In this document: positions 57,232-64,000 of the stretch, piece by piece
How positions within the stretch are numbered: position 1 is the stretch's first letter
Layout: every line of letters begins with the position of its first letter
From: an uncultured Candidatus Saccharibacteria bacterium
GTDB taxonomy: Bacteria; Patescibacteriota; CALEFQ01; G965231055
NCBI GenBank assembly: GCA_965231055.1
Contig: OZ246411.1
Location: 601,875 to 665,874, forward strand
DNA: 64,000 bases
Reading direction: 5' to 3'
Translations under genes and position numbers: made by a program
Notes under the pieces: model-generated
Told to the model about the DNA's origin: nothing
What the model saw: the letters and a program-made list of their open reading frames with translations, nothing else
Database searches by the model: none

Positions 57232-58441
57232 AAAAGTATTTTTTTCAATAATTCTTGTTGCATTCGTTTTTATAGCGACCGCTTTTGCATATTTCAATAA
57301 AGATTTTAGAGCCCCAGATGAACGGTTTCACCTTGCTTATATAGACCTAATTATTCGAGATAGTCAGCTTCCAAAACTAATAGACATAAAAGATATCTCA
57401 GAAGCACATCAGCCACCGGCATACTATCTGGCACTTACACCAATTCGAATTTTTAATCATTTTGATAACAGTCATCTCGCAGTTTTTACCATAAGGATGT
57501 GCTCCATAATATTCGGAACACTAACGCTCCTTGTCGCCTGGAAAGCAGTTAGGCTTTTCATAGAAAGTAGGGTGCTGCAGGTTTTGGCAATAGGAAGTAT
57601 TGCTTTTTTGCCCATGTTCATTCACATAAGCTCAAGCATAAACAACGACGCCCTAGCAAATTTAGTAGGAGCAATCATGGCGCTTCTCACCATCAGGCTT
57701 ATAAAAAAACCTTTTTCGTTTAACACCTATTTATCTACGGCCCTAATAATCTCACTCGCACTCATAACAAAAACCACGCTTTATCCATTTGCACTAGCTT
57801 TGTTTTTTATCGCTATTATAAAATGGGTCAAAGAAATACAAAAATACAAAGGCGAAAAAACCAAAAGCTACATGATAACTACGCTGATAATCTTTCTACT
57901 CATAGTCATGCTGATAGCGGGGTGGTGGTTTGCGAGAAACTTTTCTATTTATGGCGAACCCTTCGGCCATAAATACACCAAAGATTTATGGTATGACATA
58001 CAAAACCGAGATTTGTTCACAAAACCAAATCTACTCATGTGGGGTCAAAAAACTTATGACAGTTTTTTTGGAGTATTCGGATACATGAACATATCCATGA
58101 ATCCTATAATTTACAAAATACTAAGATATATAGGTGTTTTTGTGTTTGCAATATATGTAATTTCATTATTTAAGAAGAGCAAGGACAAGGAAAATGCCAA
58201 AATCAATATAGTTTTTCTTATTACCACACTTATCACCCTTGGATTGATCTTTCAAAACAGTATCAATTTCTATCAGCCACAAGGACGATATCTATTTATT
58301 TGCCTAGTCCCAATAGTTTTAATTGTTGCGATGAGCATGCAGAAAATTTTACCCAAAAAATTCAATCTAGCTTTCACGATATTTTATCTTGTATTTATGT
58401 TTATGGTATCAATTCATTCTCTAATGCTAATTTCCTCATGA
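57194..58441 (+). CDS. GT-C membrane glycosyltransferase (PMT_2/ArnT-like); an alternative start at ATG 57218 is possible
   Basis: First-loop acidic motif APDERFH and the HQPPAYYL motif (similar to HPPLxY), as in the GT39/GT83 families. Confidence 0.55.
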   Translation: MLLFLKYQMKNLEKVFFSIILVAFVFIATAFAYFNKDFRAPDERFHLAYIDLIIRDSQLPKLIDIKDISEAHQPPAYYLALTPIRIFNHFDNSHLAVFTIRMCSIIFGTLTLLVAWKAVRLFIESRVLQVLAIGSIAFLPMFIHISSSINNDALANLVGAIMALLTIRLIKKPFSFNTYLSTALIISLALITKTTLYPFALALFFIAIIKWVKEIQKYKGEKTKSYMITTLIIFLLIVMLIAGWWFARNFSIYGEPFGHKYTKDLWYDIQNRDLFTKPNLLMWGQKTYDSFFGVFGYMNISMNPIIYKILRYIGVFVFAIYVISLFKKSKDKENAKINIVFLITTLITLGLIFQNSINFYQPQGRYLFICLVPIVLIVAMSMQKILPKKFNLAFTIFYLVFMFMVSIHSLMLISS

Positions 58442-60054
58442 AGCATCAAGATACTCTAATTTATACATGCATTTTTGCTTTTACATTTTTATCTAGGCTT
58501 ATATCAAAAAGCCAATTTCTTTTTAATTGGGATGCGGTGCAATTTGCACTGGCTACTGAAAAATTTCAAATAAGCGCACATCAACCTCATCCACCAGGAT
58601 ATATTTTCTATGTTTTTATACCAAAACTAATAGATTTTATAGTAGGCGATGTAAATCTAAGTTTCATAATATTGAATGCGATAGCGTCAGCGCTAACCGC
58701 ATGTATTGTTTTTTTATTTCTCAAAAAAATAACGAAAAATTATTCGGTAAGTATTGTGGGATCCATCGCACTAGCTACGATTCCGCTTTTTTGGTTTTAT
58801 GGAGAGATCGCAAATGCGTATGTTTTTGATGCTCTTTTTGCGTGTCTTTTGGGATTTCTCGCGTATATAATTATAAAAGGAGATTATACAAAAATACTGT
58901 GGCTATTGCTTTTTTGGGGAATAGCCGGAGGATTTAGACCCACATTAATAGTTGTTTTTGCTCCTATAGTTGTTTTTGCGCTAATAATCGTCCTACTAAA
59001 TAAGAAGTATAAACTAGCACTCCTCTCTGTTGTAATTGCGATAATTGCTACCACAGCATGGTTTTTGCCTACTATAATGCTTAGTGGGGGAATAAAAAGC
59101 TATATCGCTGACACTGCGGCACTTATGAAGCTTTCATCGTCTTCAACCTCAATTCTCGATGGCGCTCCCACATCTGAACTAATAAATAACATAAAAACAA
59201 TCGTCTCAGTACTTTTTACTTATTTGTTCTGGCTTTTTATCCCCGTACTATTTGTAGCTATCTTGGGACGAGGCAAATTTTTGCAACGAAACACAGAAAC
59301 CTCAATCTTTATTTTGTTATGGATTTTACCATCTTTTGCAATCTATACTTTGGGACATCTGGGCCAGATAGGATACTTATTGACACTACTACATCCATTG
59401 GCTATTTGCTTTATTTGGTTCATGGCAAATGTAAAAGCGAAAAAATTATTAGTGATACTGCTTTTAATTATGACTTTTTCGAACGCATATGTTTTTTATA
59501 AAAGCGATTTTATTATCGAGGGCTTGTCAAAAATATTTCCAAAGATAGCAAGTAGCGAGGCCGTTTATTCTATAAAATACTGGAACAATAGATTTGGTCA
59601 CAAAGAGATACTTTCAAAAGATAAATTTATTGAAGCTAATATAAACTTTGTATTAGCGAACTACAATCCAGAAGACACGGTTATCATCACGAGATGGGGT
59701 AGGACAGACGATGAAGAAGCAAAACAAAGAAATGAACAAGACTTTGATCCGCTAGATTTTCGTATCGCATCATATTATTTTCCTGAATACGAAGTTTATC
59801 AAATAAGAAGTGATAATAAACCCGCTTATTTGCATTCTCGAAATCACGATCCTATATCAAAAGCCACCAACTCATTTAAAATCAACTTAAACTCAAAAAT
59901 CAAGAATTTAATCTTTTTTGACAATGGAATTGATTCAAACACGAAAAAAGACTACAATTTTATGGTTAAAGAGTTAATAGGCAGGCAATCAATATTTATA
60001 ACCCAAAATATACCTGCAAAATATCTCGGTTATAGCATTGGTGTAAAACATTAA
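58438..60054 (+). CDS. GT-C membrane glycosyltransferase (PMT_2/ArnT-like), paralogue of the preceding gene (corrected start, ATGA overlap)
   Basis: NWDAVQF acidic loop and the HQPHPPGYIFY motif. 538 aa polytopic protein. Confidence 0.5.
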   Translation: MKHQDTLIYTCIFAFTFLSRLISKSQFLFNWDAVQFALATEKFQISAHQPHPPGYIFYVFIPKLIDFIVGDVNLSFIILNAIASALTACIVFLFLKKITKNYSVSIVGSIALATIPLFWFYGEIANAYVFDALFACLLGFLAYIIIKGDYTKILWLLLFWGIAGGFRPTLIVVFAPIVVFALIIVLLNKKYKLALLSVVIAIIATTAWFLPTIMLSGGIKSYIADTAALMKLSSSSTSILDGAPTSELINNIKTIVSVLFTYLFWLFIPVLFVAILGRGKFLQRNTETSIFILLWILPSFAIYTLGHLGQIGYLLTLLHPLAICFIWFMANVKAKKLLVILLLIMTFSNAYVFYKSDFIIEGLSKIFPKIASSEAVYSIKYWNNRFGHKEILSKDKFIEANINFVLANYNPEDTVIITRWGRTDDEEAKQRNEQDFDPLDFRIASYYFPEYEVYQIRSDNKPAYLHSRNHDPISKATNSFKINLNSKIKNLIFFDNGIDSNTKKDYNFMVKELIGRQSIFITQNIPAKYLGYSIGVKH

Positions 60055-60058
60055 AAAA

Positions 60059-61597
60059 TTGGAAAAAACAATACTCACAACCACAATTCTGACACTGATT
60101 TTGTTGCTGATATCATTTTTCAGTTATTTTTCATTTACTCTTAATATTATTTTGTTTGTAGGATTACTCGTGGGATTTATTCTCATTACAAACAAATCAT
60201 TACCCACGGGACTAGCTATTATCTTTGCCGAATTGGCTTTTGGAGGAGATGGATATATTTTTCTGTTGCCAGTTAAAAGCATTGCTATCTCGCTTCGCAT
60301 AGCAATATTTATAGCTTTTATCGTTATTTGGCTTATTAAGAAGCCAAAATTAGAATTTTTCAAATCCAAAATCAAATATCCTGCAATAGTATTCGCATTA
60401 TTCTTTTTTGCATCTATTATTATCAGCATGCAAAAAGGGATTTCAAATAGCGTGATCTATGCAGATGCAAACGGTTATTTATATTGGCTATTGTTAATAC
60501 CTATAATAGATACCATTAAAGCCAAAAGTTTTGATTTTAAAAAAATGCTCAGGCCAATACTTGGCACAACACTCGCTATATCCATACTAACCTCTGCACT
60601 TGGTATCAGTTTTTATTTTTTTCAAAAAGAGCATCCCGATTTTAATTCAATTATTGCATCTAGCATAAGCTCATCAACAGAATCACCTGAATTTTCTCAA
60701 ACCACTCTCGCTTACAAAAATAAATATTTTCAAAGAGAAGAGCTAAGTTTTAGTAAAAAAATATATAGGTGGGGCAAGGACAGGGGAGTATTTGATATTT
60801 CATATGTCGGTGGAAACTTTTTTAGAGTTTATGGCAAATCTCAAGTATTTAATCTACTGGCGATATTGATTTGCATATTGCTAGTAGCCAATGATTATAA
60901 AACAAAAACACTTAAGAATCATTTATTTTATTTTACGTTAATAGCATTAAATGCACTTTGTCTATTTTGCGGATTTTCTAGGAGTCTAATGATTGGACTG
61001 TTTGTGGCTCTCTTGGCACTGGCTTTTATCAAGATTCCTAAAATAAAAATGAAGATTGTTTTTGCGACTATCATGGTCATTGCCTGCGCACTGGTTTTAT
61101 TTCTAGCAAGCTACACGACCAATGATTCGGTTATATTAAGTAGGGTTAGATCAATCATTAACCCATCCGAAGAATACGCATCATCAACCAGGCTAAACAT
61201 GCTAACCCCAATAATTAGTGGAATAAAAAATAACCCACTCATAGGTAATGGATTTGGCTCAACTTTTGTATTTTTTAGTAACGCACCCGAAAACTATGGG
61301 ATGGTTGAAAAATATATGACGGAATGGGGATATTTAGATATCATGTATGATATTGGTGTCTTGGGAATTGCGTCCTATATTGCACTAGTTTTCGTACTGC
61401 TCAAAGACGCAAAAATAGTATTTATGCGAAATAAAGAGATTTTCATATTCTCTACATGTTCTATACTAGCTTTATTAGTGGTTAATATAACCACTCCGTA
61501 TTTAAATCATCCACTGGGTATATCTATGATATTTATTTCAGCAATTCCGTTTATGCAAGAGTCGTTAAATCAAAACAATGCAAGAAAATACGCCTAA
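60059..61597 (+). CDS. O-antigen ligase/polymerase-family (Wzy_C-like) membrane protein
   Basis: About 12 TM helices with a large loop and the conserved segment NPLIGNGFGS near the C-terminus. Confidence 0.5.
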   Translation: MEKTILTTTILTLILLLISFFSYFSFTLNIILFVGLLVGFILITNKSLPTGLAIIFAELAFGGDGYIFLLPVKSIAISLRIAIFIAFIVIWLIKKPKLEFFKSKIKYPAIVFALFFFASIIISMQKGISNSVIYADANGYLYWLLLIPIIDTIKAKSFDFKKMLRPILGTTLAISILTSALGISFYFFQKEHPDFNSIIASSISSSTESPEFSQTTLAYKNKYFQREELSFSKKIYRWGKDRGVFDISYVGGNFFRVYGKSQVFNLLAILICILLVANDYKTKTLKNHLFYFTLIALNALCLFCGFSRSLMIGLFVALLALAFIKIPKIKMKIVFATIMVIACALVLFLASYTTNDSVILSRVRSIINPSEEYASSTRLNMLTPIISGIKNNPLIGNGFGSTFVFFSNAPENYGMVEKYMTEWGYLDIMYDIGVLGIASYIALVFVLLKDAKIVFMRNKEIFIFSTCSILALLVVNITTPYLNHPLGISMIFISAIPFMQESLNQNNARKYA

Positions 61598-62588
61598 AGT
61601 AACAATCAGTTTATTGCTCCATAATTCCGAAAAGCATATCGGCAAAACTTTGGATTATCTAAAAAATCAGACTTATAAAAATTACGAGTTGATAGTCCTT
61701 GATAATGCCTCAACAGATAATTCTGTAAAAGTTTTGAAAAAATATTTTCCGAACTGCACTATTATATCCAAGTCTATAAATGTAGGTTTTGCCCAAGGAA
61801 ATAACGAAATAATAAAAGATTCAAATTCACCCTATATCTTACTACTCAATGACGATGTTTTTTTGAGAAGCAATTATCTAGAAAAATTAGTGGAGCTAAT
61901 GGAAAATAATCTTCAAATTGGTTCTGCTTCTGGTTTTCTATATCGAGCAGAGGGCTCAAGGGAGACTAGCGTAGCTGATGGCGTAGAATTATTGCCACAT
62001 AAAAATCTCAGATTCACCACAAAAAATGAGGGCGAAAACGCGATAAAAATAGAAAAATCACCGTTTGAGGTTTGGGGCGTGAGTGCACCCGCTGCTATTT
62101 ACAGAACCAGCGCACTTCAAGACGTCGCGCTAGGTGAACAAGATTTTTTTGATAGCGATTTCTTTATCTACAAAGAAGATGTGGATTTAGCATGGCGACT
62201 AAGAAACATGGGATGGGAATCTTTTGTTGATCCTACGGCTGTGGGATATCACGATAGAGGACTACGCGGTAGCGCAAACGCAAATGACTTGATTAACGCT
62301 AAAATGCACTACAAAAGAGGATATAATCAAAATTATTTTTCACTACGAAATCACATATTGCTTCGATATAAAAACCTATCGTTAACTCTTAGAAAAAGAT
62401 ATTTCTTCCATATTTATTGGTTTGAAATCAGAAAACTCTTTTTTTACATGATATTTAAGCCAAGCGTGCTGAAGGCGTTTTTTGATGCGAGAAAGATGAA
62501 ACCAAAGATGCTTGAAAAACACAAGAAAATGAGGCAAAATACTACTAGCACATCAGTTGAATCATTAGACAAATGGATCAAGGACTAG
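61578..62588 (+). CDS. GT2-family glycosyltransferase
   Basis: VTISLLLHNSEKHI...ELIVLDNASTDNS and the DxD motif in LNDDVF. Confidence 0.8.
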   Translation: MQENTPKVTISLLLHNSEKHIGKTLDYLKNQTYKNYELIVLDNASTDNSVKVLKKYFPNCTIISKSINVGFAQGNNEIIKDSNSPYILLLNDDVFLRSNYLEKLVELMENNLQIGSASGFLYRAEGSRETSVADGVELLPHKNLRFTTKNEGENAIKIEKSPFEVWGVSAPAAIYRTSALQDVALGEQDFFDSDFFIYKEDVDLAWRLRNMGWESFVDPTAVGYHDRGLRGSANANDLINAKMHYKRGYNQNYFSLRNHILLRYKNLSLTLRKRYFFHIYWFEIRKLFFYMIFKPSVLKAFFDARKMKPKMLEKHKKMRQNTTSTSVESLDKWIKD

Positions 62589-63478
62589 ACAATAAAAATC
62601 TTCCAGTAAACCTCATACTAGTAAACTATGGGGATCAAACTTCAATGGCAATCCAATGCCTTGATTCAGTTTTCAAATTTCACCCAGAACTAAAATCAAA
62701 AACAATAATCATAGACAACAATTCCAGGAACAATGGCGCCAAGCAGCTAAAGCAAAGATACCCCGAAGCTAGAGTTATCCCTTCAAAGAAAAATCTAGGA
62801 CTCGGAATAGCGATCAATTGGGGAGTTTATAATGCAAGCGAAAAATATTTACTGTATTTAAATAATGATATTCTGATAAAAAATAATACCACCATCCCTG
62901 AAATGGCTAGATACTTGGAAGAAAATAATGAGGTTGCACTTCTTGGACCAAAACTAATAAACAAAGATGGCTCAATCCAATACTCATGTAGAAAATTTCC
63001 TACCATAAGATTTATAATATATAGACGAACAGTATTTGGTGAATCATATTTTGCCAAAAAATATATGAACAACCTAATGATGACAGATTTTGATCACGAA
63101 TCTGTGAAGGAAGTGGACTGGATTTTTGGAGCTGCAATGATGATTAGAACCAAAGCTATACACGACATAGGCATGATGGATGAAAGATTCTTTCTTTATT
63201 TCGAAGATGTTGACCTATGCCGAAGATTTTGGGAGGGGGGATACAAAGTCGTATATTATCCCAAAGTAAGCATGATACACTATCACCAGCGAGAAAGCGC
63301 TGTGGCTACCGGATTATTCAATTCTCTTTCAAACAAATTAACCAGAATACATATCCGTAGTGGACTAAAATACTTTTTCAAATACAGTAGGTCAGATAGA
63401 GATATTAGAACATCGACATTGCAGGCAATAAGAGCGAGAAAACATGAGCTGGAACAACTTAAACACCAAAAACTATAA
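62573..63478 (+). CDS. GT2-family glycosyltransferase
   Basis: NLILVNYGDQ...TIIIDNNSRNNG and the DxD motif in NNDIL. Confidence 0.75.
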   Translation: MDQGLDNKNLPVNLILVNYGDQTSMAIQCLDSVFKFHPELKSKTIIIDNNSRNNGAKQLKQRYPEARVIPSKKNLGLGIAINWGVYNASEKYLLYLNNDILIKNNTTIPEMARYLEENNEVALLGPKLINKDGSIQYSCRKFPTIRFIIYRRTVFGESYFAKKYMNNLMMTDFDHESVKEVDWIFGAAMMIRTKAIHDIGMMDERFFLYFEDVDLCRRFWEGGYKVVYYPKVSMIHYHQRESAVATGLFNSLSNKLTRIHIRSGLKYFFKYSRSDRDIRTSTLQAIRARKHELEQLKHQKL

Positions 63479-63548
63479 TGCTGTTTAACACAAAAAAAAT
63501 AAAGAGAAATGGCCTTTTTTTGTCTAAAAAGCAAGGTGCTATTTTTAG

Positions 63549-64000
63549 TATGCGAAATAAGAAACTGACCAAGAAAAAAATTGTTATCTGGTTGGTTTTG
63601 ATTTTGGGCGTACTCATATTTATTAGCTTGATTTGTGTAAAAATCTCTTACGACAAAGTCACGAAGCTAACTCAGTCGATGCCAGCAGTTCAAGAAGCAT
63701 TAGATAAAAAGGATATTAAATTATTATCAGAAAATTTGGATCAAATCGCCAATGATTTACAAATAGCAAGAATTGCCATCAATACCCCCGTGTGGTTTCA
63801 CGCGATTCCGATTATCGAAAAAGATTATTCCATCACCAAAAATTCCATCAATTCAGCGTCAATCCTGATAAATTCTCTAAACGATTTTACCAAAGAGGCC
63901 CTGGTATTAGCTTCTGAAAACGAGATAAATGATTTTGGATCTCTTGAGCTTGGCACAATGAGCAAGCAAACCAAGTCCAAAGTTTTGAAAATACTGAGCG
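63549..64000 (+). CDS. Hypothetical membrane-anchored protein, 3' end outside the window (partial)
   Basis: ATG at 63549, then K-rich and a TM helix (MRNKKLTKKKIVIWLVLILGVLIFISLI). The frame stays open to the window end. Confidence 0.35.

Noticed and set aside
1-64000. CRISPR arrays, transposases, integrases, prophage genes
   Set aside because: No regularly spaced direct repeats with unique spacers. No DDE/serine/tyrosine recombinase-like ORFs. The tRNA-Gln is followed by a NUDIX gene, not an integrase.

Overview
This AT-rich window (roughly 35% GC, gene-dense, many ATGA/overlapping starts) has two parts. The first ~24 kb is a housekeeping block: lysS (5' truncated), serS, an FtsQ-like gene, a processive GT2, an MraY/WecA-like transferase, rplU, a stand-alone 5'-3' exonuclease, recR, ybaB, dnaB, dus, cysS, dnaX, tRNA-Gln(TTG) and a NUDIX hydrolase. 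From ~24 kb to the end there is an envelope-protein cluster followed by a very large glycan-assembly locus of about 33 kb. The locus holds at least eight GT4 and four GT2 transferases, about four GT-C (PMT_2/ArnT-like) membrane transferases, three Wzx-like flippases, one Wzy/ligase-like protein, a DPM1-like polyprenyl-phosphate sugar synthase, a UDP-sugar 6-dehydrogenase, an epimerase, two CapK/PaaK-like adenylate-forming enzymes and a methyltransferase. The gene content and streamlining are consistent with a Patescibacteria/CPR-like or other small-genome Gram-positive-type organism, but this is inference. No CRISPR array, transposase or integrase was seen. Candidate novel or accessory elements: (i) two tandem, weakly paralogous small-protein cassettes at 12.2-13.25 kb, each with its own near-consensus sigma70-type promoter, strong SD and intrinsic terminator, wedged between dus and a SanA-like gene; (ii) an orphan 2-TM protein at 19.0-20.0 kb with elevated GC and its own terminator; (iii) a K/E-rich disordered protein plus a VirD4/TraG-like P-loop ATPase with no other T4SS genes; (iv) duplicated GT4 + CapK-like cassettes ending in a Zn-ribbon methyltransferase; (v) a palindromic array of TTAGG-like pentamers in the 5821-5950 intergenic region. 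I corrected several ORF-track start sites from promoter and RBS evidence.
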